A stretch of DNA of 64,000 nt from Phenylobacterium sp. (GCF_037189685.1 NZ_JBBCIT010000003.1:106014-170013); one strand, 5' to 3'. Numbered from the stretch's first letter, positions 52,496-63,602 are shown. The notes: a model not told the origin generated them from the letters alone. Translations and numbers: made by a program.

Positions 52496-52692
52496 TTCGT
52501 CTCGCAGGCGTAGTCGTCGAGGTACTTGGCGTCGCCGTTGCGCTTCAGGCGCAGCGCGCCGCCGCGGGCTTCGCACGCCGCCTGCGCCGCGCGCAGGTCG
52601 TCGTAGGTGGCCAGGCCGCCGCTCCGGCCGTAGCCGGCGCCGCTCGAGCACGCGGTGAGCATCAGGGCGCAGGCGATGGCGAGCGTCCTCAT
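52492..52692 (-). CDS. small lipoprotein (66 aa) embedded in the nuo operon
   Basis: [20 protein letters not shown]..., with lipobox LTAC. ATGA overlap with the nuoH stop at its 5' end, and ATGA overlap with the nuoI start at its 3' end. Confidence 0.6.
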   Translation of the reverse strand: MRTLAIACALMLTACSSGAGYGRSGGLATYDDLRAAQAACEARGGALRLKRNGDAKYLDDYACETK

Positions 52693-53768
52693 GCCACCGG
52701 CCCCCGGACGTAGACCAGCCAGCCGGCCACGAGGCACACCGCCGCCAGAGAGGTCGGCAGGAAGACCTTCCAGCCCAGCCGCATCAGTTGGTCGTAGCGG
52801 TAGCGGGGCACGATCGCCTTCACCATGGCGAACATGAAGAAGAAGAAGATCACCTTCCCGAAGAACCACAGGAAGTAGAAGAAGCTGGCCGCCGTCGGCG
52901 CCCACGAGTCGGTGAACCCGGTCGGGAACGGCGCGTGCCACCCCCCGAAGAACAGGATGGTGATCATCGCGCACATCAGCACGATGTTCGCGTACTCGCC
53001 GATCATGAACAGCAGGTACGGCGTGGAGCTGTATTCCACCTGGTAGCCGGCCACCAGTTCCGACTCCGCTTCCGGCAGGTCGAACGGCGGGCGGTTCGTC
53101 TCCGCCAGCGCCGAGATGAAGAAGATCACCGTCATCGGGACCATCACCACCGCGCCCAGCAGGCCGCCCAGGCCGCCGCCCCCGCCCAGGACGTTCCAGT
53201 TCCAGAAGCCCCCGGCCTGCCGGTCCACGATCGCGGTCAGGTTCATCGACCCCGCCAGCAGGATCACCGTGATGATGACGAAGCCGATCGAGACCTCGTA
53301 GCTGACCATCTGCGCCGCCGAGCGGAGCGACCCCAGGAACGGATACTTCGAGTTCGAGGCCCAGCCGCCCATGATGATGCCGTAGACGCCCAGCGAACTG
53401 ACGGCGAACAGGTAGAGGATGCCGACGTTCAGGTCGGCGATCACCCAGCCCGGCGCCAGCGGCACCACGGCCCAGGCGCCGAACGCCAGGATGAAGGTGA
53501 TCAGCGGGGCCAGCAGGAAGACGCTCTTGTCCGCCCCGGCCGGGACCACGACCTCCTTCAGCAGGAACTTCAGGAAGTCGGCGAACGACTGGAGCAGGCC
53601 GAAGGGGCCCACAACGTTCGGCCCCTTGCGCATCTGCACGCCGGCCCAGATCTTCCGGTCGGCCAGCAGCAGGAACGCGAGCGACAGCAGGATCCAGATG
53701 GTGACGGCCAGGATCTGGCCGACGGTGATCAGGGTCCAGCCTGCGGGAGTGGTCCAGAAATCCGTCAC
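52689..53768 (-). CDS. nuoH: NADH-quinone oxidoreductase subunit H
   Basis: 359 aa polytopic protein ([21 protein letters not shown]). Confidence 0.95.
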   Translation of the reverse strand: MTDFWTTPAGWTLITVGQILAVTIWILLSLAFLLLADRKIWAGVQMRKGPNVVGPFGLLQSFADFLKFLLKEVVVPAGADKSVFLLAPLITFILAFGAWAVVPLAPGWVIADLNVGILYLFAVSSLGVYGIIMGGWASNSKYPFLGSLRSAAQMVSYEVSIGFVIITVILLAGSMNLTAIVDRQAGGFWNWNVLGGGGGLGGLLGAVVMVPMTVIFFISALAETNRPPFDLPEAESELVAGYQVEYSSTPYLLFMIGEYANIVLMCAMITILFFGGWHAPFPTGFTDSWAPTAASFFYFLWFFGKVIFFFFMFAMVKAIVPRYRYDQLMRLGWKVFLPTSLAAVCLVAGWLVYVRGPVA

Positions 53769-53777
53769 GCCCGCCCC

Positions 53778-55817
53778 CTATTCCGCGGCGATCTTGGCCG
53801 GGCCCGAGGCGAGCGCGGCGCATTCGGCCATCGTCACGCTGGCGCGGGCGATGGGGTTCGTCAGGTGGAAGTTCGAGACCGCGCTGCGGAACGGCGCGTC
53901 GGACAGGTCGCCCTTGCGGCCCAGGGCAGCGAGGTCCATCGCCGCCGGCGCCTCGGCCACATAGTCGATGCGGCCGAACGTGGGATGCTCCTCGAACAGG
54001 CGGCTGCGAAGCTGGTCCAGGGTGTCGTAGGGCAGCTTGGCGCCCAGGCGCTCGCTGAGCGCGCGCAGGATCGCCCAGTCCTCCTTGGCCTCGCCCTTCG
54101 GGAATACGGCGCGGAAGCCCATCTGCACCCGGCCCTCGGTGTTGACGTAGAGGCCGTTCTTCTCGGTGTAGGCCGCGCCCGGCAGGATCACGTCGGCGCG
54201 GTGCGCGCCCGCGTCGCCATGCGTGCCCAGGTAGACCACGAAGGCGTCGGTCTTCGACAGGTCGATCTCGTCGGCGCCCAGCAGGAACAGCACCTCGGCC
54301 CCGCCCTTCGCCGCCAGCTCGACCGCCGTCCGGCCGCCCTCGCCGGGAACGAAGCCCAGGTCCAGGCCGCCGACCCGGCTCGCGGCCGTGTGCAGCACGT
54401 TCCAGGTCATGCCGAACGCCTTGGCGACCCCGGCCGCGGCGGCCAGCACCGCCAGGCTGTCGGGCCGGTTCAGCGCGCCCGCGCCCACGACGATCGCCGG
54501 CGCCTTGGCCGATTTCAGCCCCTTCACGAACTCGGACTTGGACTTCGCCAGGTTCGCCAGCGAGGCCGGCCCGGCGCCCAGGTGCTCGTAGCCATAGGTC
54601 AGGTCGACCGCCTCGCCGACCAAGCCCACCTGCGTCGCCTGGGCCATCCAGCGCTTGCGGACGCGGGCGTTCAGCACCGGCGCCTCCAGCCGCGGATTGG
54701 CGCCGACGAACAGGATGAAGTCAGCGTCTTCAATGCCTTGGATCGAGGAATTGAACAGCCAGCTCTCGCGCGCGCCGTCGCCCAGCACCATGCCGTCCTG
54801 CCGGCAGTCCAGGCTCGTCACGCCCAGGCCGCCGAACAGGTCCTTGGCCGCCTTCATCGACTCGGCGTCCTGCAGGTCGCCGGCGATCACGCCGATGCGG
54901 TCGGGCGACGCCGCCTTGATCTTCGCCGCCACCGTGTCCAGGGCCTCGGCCCAGCTCGCCGGGCGCAGCTTGCCGTTCTCGCGCACGAACGGCCGGTCCA
55001 GGCGCTGGCGCGCCAGGCCGTCGACCGCATAGCGGGTCTTGTCCGAGATCCACTCCTCGTTGACCGCCTCGTGGGTGCGCGGCAGCACGCGCAGCACCGC
55101 CGGCCCGCGGGCGTCCACCCGGATCGCCGAGCCCAGGGCGTCCATCACGTCGACGCTTTCGGTCTTCTTCAGCTCCCAGGGCCGCGCGTTGAACGCGTAC
55201 GGCTTGCTGGTCAGCGCGCCCACCGGGCACAGGTCGATCACGTTGGCCGACAGCTCCGACGCCACGGCCTTGTCGAGATAGGTCGTGATTTCAACATCTT
55301 CGCCGCGAGAGATGAGACCGATGTCCGGAACGCCCGCCACCTCGGTGATGAAGCGGACGCAGCGCGTGCACTGGATGCAGCGGGTCATCACCGTCTTGAT
55401 GAGCGGACCCATGTGCTTTTCTTCGACGGCCCGCTTGTTCAGCTCGTAGCGGCTGTCGTCGCGGCCATAGCCCATGGCCTGGTCCTGCAGGTCGCACTCG
55501 CCGCCCTGGTCGCAGATCGGGCAATCGAGCGGATGATTGATGAGCAGGAACTCCATCACCCCGTGGCGCGCCTTCTTCACCATCGGCGTGTCGGTGAAGA
55601 TCTCCTGCCCCTCGGCGGCCGGCAGCGCGCAACTGGCCTGCGGCTTCGGCGGGCCGGGCTTCACCTCGACCAGGCACATGCGGCAGTTGCCGGCGATGCT
55701 CAGCCGCTCGTGATAGCAGAACCGCGGGATCTCCTTGCCGGCCAGCTCGCACACCTGGAGGACGTTCATCCCCGGCTCGAACTCGACCTCGACCCCGTCG
55801 ACCTTGGCGATAGGCAT
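53778..55817 (-). CDS. nuoG: NADH-quinone oxidoreductase subunit G
   Basis: From ATG 55817 in ORF 53778..56375 (MPIAKVDGVEVEFEPGMNVLQ). 2Fe-2S and 4Fe-4S cysteine clusters: CYHERLSIAGNCRMC and HPLDCPICDQGGEC. Confidence 0.95.
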   Translation of the reverse strand: MPIAKVDGVEVEFEPGMNVLQVCELAGKEIPRFCYHERLSIAGNCRMCLVEVKPGPPKPQASCALPAAEGQEIFTDTPMVKKARHGVMEFLLINHPLDCPICDQGGECDLQDQAMGYGRDDSRYELNKRAVEEKHMGPLIKTVMTRCIQCTRCVRFITEVAGVPDIGLISRGEDVEITTYLDKAVASELSANVIDLCPVGALTSKPYAFNARPWELKKTESVDVMDALGSAIRVDARGPAVLRVLPRTHEAVNEEWISDKTRYAVDGLARQRLDRPFVRENGKLRPASWAEALDTVAAKIKAASPDRIGVIAGDLQDAESMKAAKDLFGGLGVTSLDCRQDGMVLGDGARESWLFNSSIQGIEDADFILFVGANPRLEAPVLNARVRKRWMAQATQVGLVGEAVDLTYGYEHLGAGPASLANLAKSKSEFVKGLKSAKAPAIVVGAGALNRPDSLAVLAAAAGVAKAFGMTWNVLHTAASRVGGLDLGFVPGEGGRTAVELAAKGGAEVLFLLGADEIDLSKTDAFVVYLGTHGDAGAHRADVILPGAAYTEKNGLYVNTEGRVQMGFRAVFPKGEAKEDWAILRALSERLGAKLPYDTLDQLRSRLFEEHPTFGRIDYVAEAPAAMDLAALGRKGDLSDAPFRSAVSNFHLTNPIARASVTMAECAALASGPAKIAAE

Positions 55818-55822
55818 GCCGC

Positions 55823-57139
55823 TTACTCCGCCGCGATGGAGGCGCCGGCGTAGACGCCTTTGCGCGCGCGGTAACTGTTGATCCGGTCCTCCACCTCGTG
55901 GCGGAAGTGGCGGAACAGGCCCTGGATCGGCCAGGCGGCCGCGTCGCCCAGGCCGCAGATGGTGTGGCCCTCGACCTGGCTGGCCACGTCCAGCAGCAGG
56001 TCGATCTCGGACATCTCGGCCTCGCCGGTGACCATCCGCTCCATCACCCGCCACATCCAGCCGGTGCCTTCGCGGCACGGCGTACACTGGCCGCAGCTCT
56101 CGTGCTTGTAGAAATAGGCCGCGCGGGCGATCGCCTTGACGAGGTCGGCGTCCTTGTCGAACACGATCAGGGTGCCGGTGCCCAGGCCCGAGCCGCGGGC
56201 GGCCAGGTCCTCGTAGGTCATGATGGCTTCGTCGCATTGGTCGGCCGGGATCATCCGCACCGAGATCCCGCCCGGGATCACGGCCTTCAGGTTGCCCCAG
56301 CCGCCGCGCACGCCGCCGAAATGGTCCTCGATGAGCTGCTTCACGCTGATGCCGACGGCATCCTCGACCACGCACGGCGTGTTCACGTGGCCCGAGGCCG
56401 CGAACAGCTTGGTGCCGGTGGACTTCTCGGTGCCAAAGCCGGCGAACCAGTCGGCCCCGCGGCGCAGGATCGTGCCCACCACCGAGATCGTCTCGACGTT
56501 GTTCACCGTGGTGGGGCAGCCGTAGATGCCGGCGCCGGCCGGGAACGGCGGCTTCAGGCGCGGCTGGCCCTTCTTGCCCTCGAAGCTCTCCATCAGGGCG
56601 GTCTCATCGCCGCAGATGTAGGCCCCGCCCCCGTGCTGGACACCCACGTCGACGTCGTAGCCCAGGACGCTGCCCTTCCCGAGCAGCCCCGCGTCATACG
56701 CCTGGCGGATCGCGGCTAGCAGGCGCTCGCGCTCGTGCACGTACTCGCCGCGGATGTAGATGTAGGCTTGGTGCGACCGCATCGCCCGGCAGGCGATCAC
56801 GCAGCCCTCGATCAGCAGGTGCGGGTCGTTGCGCAGGATCTCGCGGTCCTTGCACGCCCCCGGCTCGGACTCGTCGGCGTTGACCAGCAGGTAGTGCGGA
56901 CGCTCGCTCTCCTGCTTGGGCATGAAGGTCCACTTCAGGCCGGTGGCGAACCCCGCCCCGCCCCGGCCGCGCAGGCCCGAGGCCTTGATCTGGTCGCAGA
57001 TCCATTCCGGCGTCTGGGCGACGATGTCCTTCGTCCCGTTCCACGCGCCGCGCGCCTTCGCGCCCTCCAGCGTCCAGTCGTGGACCCCGTAGAGGTTGAG
57101 GAAGATACGGTCCTTGTCGGCGAGGATGCCCGCCATCAC
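55823..57139 (-). CDS. nuoF: NADH-quinone oxidoreductase subunit F
   Basis: [17 protein letters not shown] motif and [12 protein letters not shown]. The start is either GTG 57139 or ATG 57136. Confidence 0.95.
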   Translation of the reverse strand: MMAGILADKDRIFLNLYGVHDWTLEGAKARGAWNGTKDIVAQTPEWICDQIKASGLRGRGGAGFATGLKWTFMPKQESERPHYLLVNADESEPGACKDREILRNDPHLLIEGCVIACRAMRSHQAYIYIRGEYVHERERLLAAIRQAYDAGLLGKGSVLGYDVDVGVQHGGGAYICGDETALMESFEGKKGQPRLKPPFPAGAGIYGCPTTVNNVETISVVGTILRRGADWFAGFGTEKSTGTKLFAASGHVNTPCVVEDAVGISVKQLIEDHFGGVRGGWGNLKAVIPGGISVRMIPADQCDEAIMTYEDLAARGSGLGTGTLIVFDKDADLVKAIARAAYFYKHESCGQCTPCREGTGWMWRVMERMVTGEAEMSEIDLLLDVASQVEGHTICGLGDAAAWPIQGLFRHFRHEVEDRINSYRARKGVYAGASIAAE

Positions 57140-57807
57140 GCCGTCTCCTTCTTCGCCTTGGGCGGCAGGTTCGGGATCTTGATCTTCCTGCCCAGCGACC
57201 CGTCGTAGAGCTTGGGATCGGTCAGCGTGGTCGGCCCGCCCTCGGGCGCGGCCCCCTGGCGGCCGATCGCCGAGCCCGGCCTGGGCGCCTTGCCGGCGGC
57301 GAAGTCGTCCAGCAGCTTCTCGAGGCTCTCGGGCGTGAGGTCCTCATAGTAGTAGTCGTTGATGGCCGCCATCGGGGCGTTCGAGCACGCCCCCAGGCAT
57401 TCCACTTCCTGCCAGTAGAACTTGCCGTCGGGGCTCTTGTGGTTCTGCGGCCCGATGCGGCGCTTGCAGACGTCCATCAGGCCTTCCGCGCCCCGGCTCT
57501 GGCACGGCGTGGTGCCGCACACCTGCACCAGCGCATGCGTGCCCACCGGCTCCAGCATGAACATGGTGTAGAAGGTCGCCACCTCCAGAACCCGGATCAC
57601 CGGCATGCCCAGCAGCTCGGCCACGGCCCGGATCGCGGGCTCGCTGATCCAGCCGTCCTGCTTCTGGACCAGCCACAGCACCGGCACCACGGCCGACTGC
57701 TGCTTGCCGGGCGGGAAGTTCGCCATCCAGCCCTGCGCGGCCTTCAGCGTCGCCGGTTTGAAGGCGAAGCTGGCGGGTTGGTTCGGGGAAAGCCTGCGGA
57801 CGCTCAA
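57136..57807 (-). CDS. nuoE: NADH-quinone oxidoreductase subunit E
   Basis: VCGTTPC and [10 protein letters not shown] 2Fe-2S motifs. Confidence 0.95.
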   Translation of the reverse strand: MSVRRLSPNQPASFAFKPATLKAAQGWMANFPPGKQQSAVVPVLWLVQKQDGWISEPAIRAVAELLGMPVIRVLEVATFYTMFMLEPVGTHALVQVCGTTPCQSRGAEGLMDVCKRRIGPQNHKSPDGKFYWQEVECLGACSNAPMAAINDYYYEDLTPESLEKLLDDFAAGKAPRPGSAIGRQGAAPEGGPTTLTDPKLYDGSLGRKIKIPNLPPKAKKETA

Positions 57808-57814
57808 GCCGGCC

Positions 57815-58165
57815 TCACTTCGCGAAGTCCACGCGGGCGATCCGGCCGCCGGCGAGGGTGTAGATGGCGATGACCTCGAAGCTCTCGCCTTCGCCCTGGC
57901 GGAAGACGCGCTCGTGGTCGATCACGGTGTTCCCCACCCGGATCCGGTTGACCAGTTCGGCCCGGTTCCGGGGGAAGTCGGCGAAGACCTGCGTGTACTT
58001 CGCCCGATAGGCCTGGGCGCCCTGGATCGTCACGGCCCCGTTCAGGTCGGCCACCACCACGTCGTCGGCGAAGAAGGCGCAGTGCGCGTCCAGGTCCTGG
58101 CGGTTGTAGGCGTCGAGCTGGCCCTGAATGATATCGAGGGGCTGGAGGGTCGCGTTCGCGCTCAC
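57815..58165 (-). CDS. NTF2/SnoaL-like small protein (116 aa) embedded in the nuo operon
   Basis: GTG 58165 overlaps the nuoD TGA (GTGA). The sequence ([27 protein letters not shown]...) looks like a SnoaL-type alpha+beta barrel. It ends 7 nt before nuoE. Confidence 0.6.
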   Translation of the reverse strand: MSANATLQPLDIIQGQLDAYNRQDLDAHCAFFADDVVVADLNGAVTIQGAQAYRAKYTQVFADFPRNRAELVNRIRVGNTVIDHERVFRQGEGESFEVIAIYTLAGGRIARVDFAK

Positions 58166-59391
58166 CGGTCGATCTCCCCGAACACGATGTCCAGCGAACC
58201 CAGGATGGCCGAGACGTCCGCCAGCATGTGGCCGCGGTTCATCCAGTCCATGGCCTGGAGGTGCGGATACCCCGGCGCGCGAATCTTGGCCCGGTACGGC
58301 TTGTTCGTGCCGTTCGAGACCAGGAAGACGCCGAACTCGCCCTTGGGCGCCTCGACGGCGGCGTACACCTCGCCGGGCGGCGTCCGGTAGCCCTCGGTGA
58401 AGATCTTGAAGTGGTGGATCAGCGCTTCCATCGAGCGCTTCATCTCGCCCCGCCGTGGCGCGCCGATCTTGTTATCCTCGGTCAGCACCGGTCCCGGCGT
58501 CTTCAGCAGGCGCTCGCAGCACTGCTTCATGATCTTCGTCGACTCCCGCATCTCCTGCATCCGGCAGAGGTAGCGGTCGTAGCAGTCGCCGTTCACGCCC
58601 AGGGGGACGTCGAACTCCATCTCGTCATAGGCCGCGTAAGGCTGCGCCCGGCGCAGGTCCCAGGCGATGCCCGAGCCGCGCACCATGACGCCCGAGAACG
58701 AATGCTCGATCGCCTCCTGGCGCGTCACCACGCCGATGTCGACGTTGCGCTGCTTGAAGATGCGGTTGTCGGTGATCAGCGTCTCGATGTCGTCGCAGAT
58801 CTTCGGGAAGTGGTCGCACCAGTCGTCGATGTCGCGGACCAGGGCCTCGGGCAGGTCCTGCCGCACGCCGCCGACGCGGTAGTAGTTGGCGTGCATCCGG
58901 GCGCCCGACGCACGCTCGTAGAAGATCATCAGCTTCTCGCGCTCCTCGAAGCCCCAGAGCGGCGGCGTCAGCGCGCCCACGTCCATGGCCTGGGTCGTCA
59001 CGTTCAGCAGGTGGTTCAGGATGCGGCCGATCTCGTCGTACAGCGTGCGGATCAGCAGCCCGCGGTACGGGACCTCCACGCCCAGCAGCTTCTCGATCGC
59101 CAGGCAGTAGGCGTGCTCCTGGTTCATGGGCGCGACGTAGTCGAGGCGGTCCATGTACGGGATCGTCTGCTGATAGGGCCGCGCCTCCATCAGCTTCTCG
59201 GTGCCGCGGTGCAGCAGGCCGATGTGCGGGTCCACCCGCTCCACCACCTCGCCGTCCAGCTCCAGCACCAGGCGCAGCACGCCGTGCGCCGCCGGGTGCT
59301 GCGGGCCGAAGTTGATGTTGAACTTGCGGACCGGGGTCTCGCCCCCAAACAGGGAAGACGGGTCCGACGGAATGATCGCGGTCTCGGCCAT
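58162..59391 (-). CDS. nuoD: NADH-quinone oxidoreductase subunit D
   Basis: From ATG 59391 (MAETAIIP...[18 protein letters not shown]). Confidence 0.95.
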   Translation of the reverse strand: MAETAIIPSDPSSLFGGETPVRKFNINFGPQHPAAHGVLRLVLELDGEVVERVDPHIGLLHRGTEKLMEARPYQQTIPYMDRLDYVAPMNQEHAYCLAIEKLLGVEVPYRGLLIRTLYDEIGRILNHLLNVTTQAMDVGALTPPLWGFEEREKLMIFYERASGARMHANYYRVGGVRQDLPEALVRDIDDWCDHFPKICDDIETLITDNRIFKQRNVDIGVVTRQEAIEHSFSGVMVRGSGIAWDLRRAQPYAAYDEMEFDVPLGVNGDCYDRYLCRMQEMRESTKIMKQCCERLLKTPGPVLTEDNKIGAPRRGEMKRSMEALIHHFKIFTEGYRTPPGEVYAAVEAPKGEFGVFLVSNGTNKPYRAKIRAPGYPHLQAMDWMNRGHMLADVSAILGSLDIVFGEIDR

Positions 59392-60023
59392 CACTTCGCG
59401 CCCTCTTCGGCGGTCTTCTCGTCGCCGGGCAGGATCGCGGCGAACCCGCGCTCGGCGCCCTCCCACGGCGACAGGAAGTCCCAGTTGCGCCATTCGACCG
59501 ACTTCACGGGCTCGTAGACCACCCGCTTCAGCTCCTCGTCGTAGCGGACCTCGACGTAGCCGGTCATCGGGAAGTCCTTCCGCAGCGGATGGCCGTGGAA
59601 GCCGTAGTCGGTGAGGATACGCCGCAGGTCCGGGTGCCCGTCGAAGAACACGCCGTACATGTCGAACGTCTCGCGCTCGTACCAGTTGGCCGCCGGGAAG
59701 ACCGGAACGGCCGACGGGACGGCGGTGTCCTCGTCGGTCTGCACCTTGATCCGGACGCGCCGGTTCTTCGTCATCGACAGCAGGTGGTAGACCACGTCGA
59801 ACCGCTTCGCCCGCTCGGGATAGTCCACGCCCGAGAGGTCGATGAGCTGGTGGAAGCCCTGCGCGTCCCGCAGGTAGGTCAGAGCCTCGACGACCGTCGC
59901 CGCCGGCCCGGTCAGCGTCAGCTCGCCGAACGCCACCTCGGCGCCGGTGATCACGCCCGGCGCGCCGGCCAGGATCTCCTGGCCCAGCGCGTCCAGCTCG
60001 GCGGGGGTCGTCGGCCAGCTCAT
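59391..60023 (-). CDS. nuoC: NADH-quinone oxidoreductase subunit C
   Basis: From ATG 60023 ([14 protein letters not shown]...[13 protein letters not shown]). ATGA overlap with the nuoB stop. Confidence 0.93.
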   Translation of the reverse strand: MSWPTTPAELDALGQEILAGAPGVITGAEVAFGELTLTGPAATVVEALTYLRDAQGFHQLIDLSGVDYPERAKRFDVVYHLLSMTKNRRVRIKVQTDEDTAVPSAVPVFPAANWYERETFDMYGVFFDGHPDLRRILTDYGFHGHPLRKDFPMTGYVEVRYDEELKRVVYEPVKSVEWRNWDFLSPWEGAERGFAAILPGDEKTAEEGAK

Positions 60024-60601
60024 CGGACGATCGTCCCGGTGCGGCGGATCTTCTTCTGGAGCTGGAGCACGCCGTAGACCAGCGCCTCGGCGGTCGGCGG
60101 GCAGCCGGGCACGTAGACGTCCACTGGCACGATCCGGTCGCAGCCGCGCACGGTCGAATAGCTGAAGTAGTAGTAGCCGCCGCCGTTGGCGCACGAGCCC
60201 ATCGAGATCACGTACCGCGGCTCGGGCATCTGGTCGTAGACCTTGCGCAGGGCCGGAGCCATCTTGTTCACCAGCGTGCCGGCCACGATCATCACGTCGC
60301 TCTGCCGCGGGCTGGCGCGCGGCGCGAAGCCGTACCGCTCCAGGTCGTAGCGCGGCATCGAGGCCTGCATCATCTCGACCGCGCAGCACGCCAGGCCGAA
60401 CGTCATCCACATCAGCGAGCCGGTGCGGGCCCAGGTGATGAGGTCGTCCACGCTGGCGGTCACGAAGCCCTTGTCGGCCAGCCGCTGCGAGACGCCGTCG
60501 AAGAACGGGTCGTGGAGCTTGGGGTCGTAGCCCTCGACGCCCGTGCGCCCGGCGGCGCCGGCGGGCGCGACCGGAGACGGGTGGCCGGCCGGAACGATCA
60601 C
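60020..60601 (-). CDS. nuoB: NADH-quinone oxidoreductase subunit B
   Basis: GTG 60601 overlaps the nuo[24 protein letters not shown] and GCPP motifs. Confidence 0.93.
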   Translation of the reverse strand: MIVPAGHPSPVAPAGAAGRTGVEGYDPKLHDPFFDGVSQRLADKGFVTASVDDLITWARTGSLMWMTFGLACCAVEMMQASMPRYDLERYGFAPRASPRQSDVMIVAGTLVNKMAPALRKVYDQMPEPRYVISMGSCANGGGYYYFSYSTVRGCDRIVPVDVYVPGCPPTAEALVYGVLQLQKKIRRTGTIVR

Positions 60602-60975
60602 TCCCAGTCCAGCGCCCCTTTCTTCCAGGCGTAAAGGAAGCCCACCGTCCGCCCGCCCAGGAAGGTCATCATCGACCAGAAGGCGAACTGCGCCGTTTCC
60701 GCCGGCAGCTTCATCAGCGACACCGCCCACGGGAACAGGAACGCGACTTCCAGGTCGAAGATGATGAACAGGATCGACACCAGGTAGAACCGGACGTCGA
60801 ACTTCATCCGCGCATCGTCGAAGGCGTTGAAGCCGCATTCGTACGACGACAGCTTTTCCGGGTCGGGCGCCTTCGGCGCGAGCACCAGGGCCGCGACGAT
60901 GAAGATGACGCCCAGCGCCGCCGCGATCCCGAGAAAGATCACGATGGGCAGGTACTCTGTCAGATAGGCTTCCAT
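60598..60975 (-). CDS. nuoA: NADH-quinone oxidoreductase subunit A
   Basis: 125 aa ([34 protein letters not shown]). Confidence 0.95.
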   Translation of the reverse strand: MEAYLTEYLPIVIFLGIAAALGVIFIVAALVLAPKAPDPEKLSSYECGFNAFDDARMKFDVRFYLVSILFIIFDLEVAFLFPWAVSLMKLPAETAQFAFWSMMTFLGGRTVGFLYAWKKGALDWE

Positions 60976-61107
60976 GGAGTCTCCGGCGGGAGTCGCGGCG
61001 CCCTTCTAGACCGATCATCCCGGGGTTTCAAACAGCCCTTGTGCGACGCGAAATGACGCGGTTCCGAATACTTGCGAACGCTTCGCAACTACCGGAGAAT
61101 GCCGTTC

Positions 61108-62535
61108 TCAGAGGCGGCTGACCCTGAGCGGAATTCCGCCGTCGGCGCGCAGCGCGATGTCCGCGCGCGGCCAGGGTTCGGCGCCGCCCGCGGGCTCGAA
61201 GCGGAACGCCGTCAGCCACCGCGACAGCAGGATCAGCGCCTCGGTGTTGGCCAGTCCCATGCCGATGCAGATCCGCGGCCCCGCCCCGAACGGCAGGTAC
61301 TGGTAGCGATGGCGCCCGGCCCGCGCCTCGGGGTCGAAGTTCTCCGGGTTGAAGGCGTCCGGCTCGTCCCACAGCCGTCGGTGCCGGTGGAGCACCCAGG
61401 GCCAGATCGTCACCATGTCGCCGGCCTTCACCGGCTCGCCGCACAGTTCGTCGTCCTCGGTGGCCTGCCGGTCGATCCGCAGCACCGGCGGATAGAGCCT
61501 GAGCGTCTCGTCCCACACCATGCGCAGGTACATCAGGCGGTCTGCCACGGCGGCGGGATCGCCGCCGCGCCACGCCTCGACCGCCTCCTCCCGCGCCCAG
61601 GCCTGGGCCTGAGGGTCCCGGCTCAGGAGGTACAGCGCCCAGGCCAGGCCGTTCGCCGTGGTCTCGTGGCCGGCGACGAAGAACGTCATGGCGTTGTCCA
61701 GCGTCAGGCGCTCGGCCGCCTCGCGCGGATGTTCGGCCAGGAAGGCCCGCAGCATCCGGGTGACGAAGTCGTCGGGCGGATCGTCGGCCTCGGCCCGCGC
61801 CCGGATCATCGCGGCCATCCGCGATCTCAGCCGCGTCTGCGCGCGCCGGCCGCGCCGCTGGGCGACGCCCCAGTCCAGCGCCTGGAGGCCGAACACCTGC
61901 GACAGCCGCAGCTCGCCGCCGCCCGCCAGCAGGTCGCGCACGTCGCTGGCGGTGTCCTCGAACGGCATCCCGCTGGCGCCCGAGAACAGCGTGGCGTCGA
62001 TGATCTCCAAGGTCGCCCGCGTGGCCTCGACGGCCACGTCGACCGTCCCCCCGCCGTCCGCCATCCGGGCGCAGCTCCGGCCCGCCGCGGCGTCGATCTG
62101 CGGAGCCGCGCCGGCCACGGCCGGCGGCGCGAACGCCGGCGCCATCAGCCGGCGCTGGCGCCGCCAGTCCTCGCCGTTGGCGCTCAGCAGGCTGTCGCCC
62201 AGCAGGGGCCGCAGGATTCTCTGCACCAGCCCCGGCCTCACATAGGCGTCGGCCCGGTCCAGCAGGACCCGCTTGATCGCGTCGGGCTCGTAGACGCCGT
62301 GATAGGTCAGGTGGAGGAACCGCGCCTTGCGGTAAGGCCGCTCGAACGCCTCCCGGGGGATCGCCGTCAACGGATTGCGCGTCATGCGCGGGTTGAACAG
62401 CATCATCACGCCGGGATCGCGTTCGAGCGGCTCCGGCGCCGGGGGCCGGAATCGCGGGGTGGGGAGGGCGATTGCGGCGGCGGCGACGGCGTCGGGCATT
62501 GGTGGGGAGACCTCGCGTTCGACGTCCCGGACCAT
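61108..62535 (-). CDS. cytochrome P450
   Basis: Heme-ligand loop FGAGPRICIGMGLA, I-helix FFVAGHETTANG, and ETLRLYPP (ExxR). Confidence 0.9.
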   Translation of the reverse strand: MVRDVEREVSPPMPDAVAAAAIALPTPRFRPPAPEPLERDPGVMMLFNPRMTRNPLTAIPREAFERPYRKARFLHLTYHGVYEPDAIKRVLLDRADAYVRPGLVQRILRPLLGDSLLSANGEDWRRQRRLMAPAFAPPAVAGAAPQIDAAAGRSCARMADGGGTVDVAVEATRATLEIIDATLFSGASGMPFEDTASDVRDLLAGGGELRLSQVFGLQALDWGVAQRRGRRAQTRLRSRMAAMIRARAEADDPPDDFVTRMLRAFLAEHPREAAERLTLDNAMTFFVAGHETTANGLAWALYLLSRDPQAQAWAREEAVEAWRGGDPAAVADRLMYLRMVWDETLRLYPPVLRIDRQATEDDELCGEPVKAGDMVTIWPWVLHRHRRLWDEPDAFNPENFDPEARAGRHRYQYLPFGAGPRICIGMGLANTEALILLSRWLTAFRFEPAGGAEPWPRADIALRADGGIPLRVSRL

Positions 62536-62611
62536 CGGCGGATTGCCGCGATCCGCAAAACGATATAACCGCGGTTTTCTTGTGAGCTGACGTCACAGGA
62601 GGCCGTCGCTG

Positions 62612-63559
62612 GTGACCGTCCGGACAGAGAGGCGCCCGCTTCCCTCCCTGACCGCGCTCAGGGCTTTCGAAGCCTTCGCCCGCCTGGGCCAGATGACGCT
62701 GGCCGCCGACGAGCTCTGCGTCACCCACGGCGCCGTCAGCCGCCAGATCCGCAGCCTGGAAGCCACGCTTGGCCTCGACCTCACCGAAGGCCCCCGCCAC
62801 CGCCTGCGGCTCACCGAGGCCGGCGCGCGCCTGGCCGCCGCGCTCTCGGGCGCGTTCGGCCAGGTCGAGGCGGCCGTCGCCGATCTCCGGGCCGATACCC
62901 ACACGGAGCTGCGCCTGTCGTGCGTGGGCACGCTCGCCATCCGCTGGCTGATCCCGCGCCTTTCGGCCTTCCACGCCCGCCATCCCACGGTGCGGGTCAA
63001 GGTCACCGAGTCCTATGCGCCGGTGGACTTCGCCCGCGACCGCTTCGACGCCGCCATCCGCGTCAACGAGACCGCCCCGATCGTCGGCGCCGAGGCCACC
63101 GCCTTCCTGGAGAACTTCCACGGTCCCGTGGTGGCCCCTGCCCTGCTCGGCGACGGGCCGACGGGGCTGGAGGGCCTCACCCGCCTCACCACCGGGTCGC
63201 GCCAGACCGCGTGGGCCGAATGGGAGCTGCACTCGGGGATCACCCTGCCCGAGCCGCCCGACAGCCAGGAGTTCGAGCACATCTTCTACACCCTCGAGGC
63301 GGCCGCCGCCGGCCTGGGGGTCGGCCTCACGCCCTGGGTGTACGTGGCCGCCGACGTCGCCGCCGGCCGCCTCGCCGCCCCCCTGGGCTTCGCCCCCACC
63401 CCGTCCCGCTTCTGGTTCCTCACTCCGGCCGGTCCCCGACGGCCCGCCGTCGAGCCGTTCCGCGCCTGGCTCGTCGAGGAGGCCGCCAAGGTCCCGCCGC
63501 CGCCAGGCGTCGCCGGGCCGGGCGTGGCGGGGCCGGGCGAGGTCCGCACGGGGGGCTAG
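62612..63559 (+). CDS. LysR-family transcriptional regulator (GcvA-like)
   Basis: GTG start preceded by caggagg. HTH region LTALRAFEAFARLGQMTLAADELCVTHGAVSRQIRSLE. Divergent from the P450 gene. Confidence 0.9.
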   Translation: MTVRTERRPLPSLTALRAFEAFARLGQMTLAADELCVTHGAVSRQIRSLEATLGLDLTEGPRHRLRLTEAGARLAAALSGAFGQVEAAVADLRADTHTELRLSCVGTLAIRWLIPRLSAFHARHPTVRVKVTESYAPVDFARDRFDAAIRVNETAPIVGAEATAFLENFHGPVVAPALLGDGPTGLEGLTRLTTGSRQTAWAEWELHSGITLPEPPDSQEFEHIFYTLEAAAAGLGVGLTPWVYVAADVAAGRLAAPLGFAPTPSRFWFLTPAGPRRPAVEPFRAWLVEEAAKVPPPPGVAGPGVAGPGEVRTGG

Positions 63560-63602
63560 ATCGCAATTCCGTGTGGCCGGGGGTCCGGCCGGCACTCAGT
63601 CG

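Noticed and set aside
61016-61045. gatcatcccggggtttcaaacag upstream of nuoA resembles the GTCAT-cccgg opening of the hairpin family.
   Set aside because: No complementary stem half and no ACCCA flank follow. This is probably chance similarity or a highly decayed half-site, and it is not supportable as a copy.
61060-61095. gaac-gcttcgc-aact, and gttc...gaac, near the nuoA/P450 intergenic region, considered as an SOS-like box.
   Set aside because: The second half-site is AACT rather than GAAC. The other pairing has the wrong spacing and orientation.
63490-63545. ggcgtcgccgggccg / ggcgtggcggggccg imperfect 15-bp duplication at the LysR regulator C-terminus (GVAGPGVAGPG).
   Set aside because: There are only two imperfect copies in a low-complexity GC-rich tail. 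I found no evidence of function beyond a disordered C-terminal extension.
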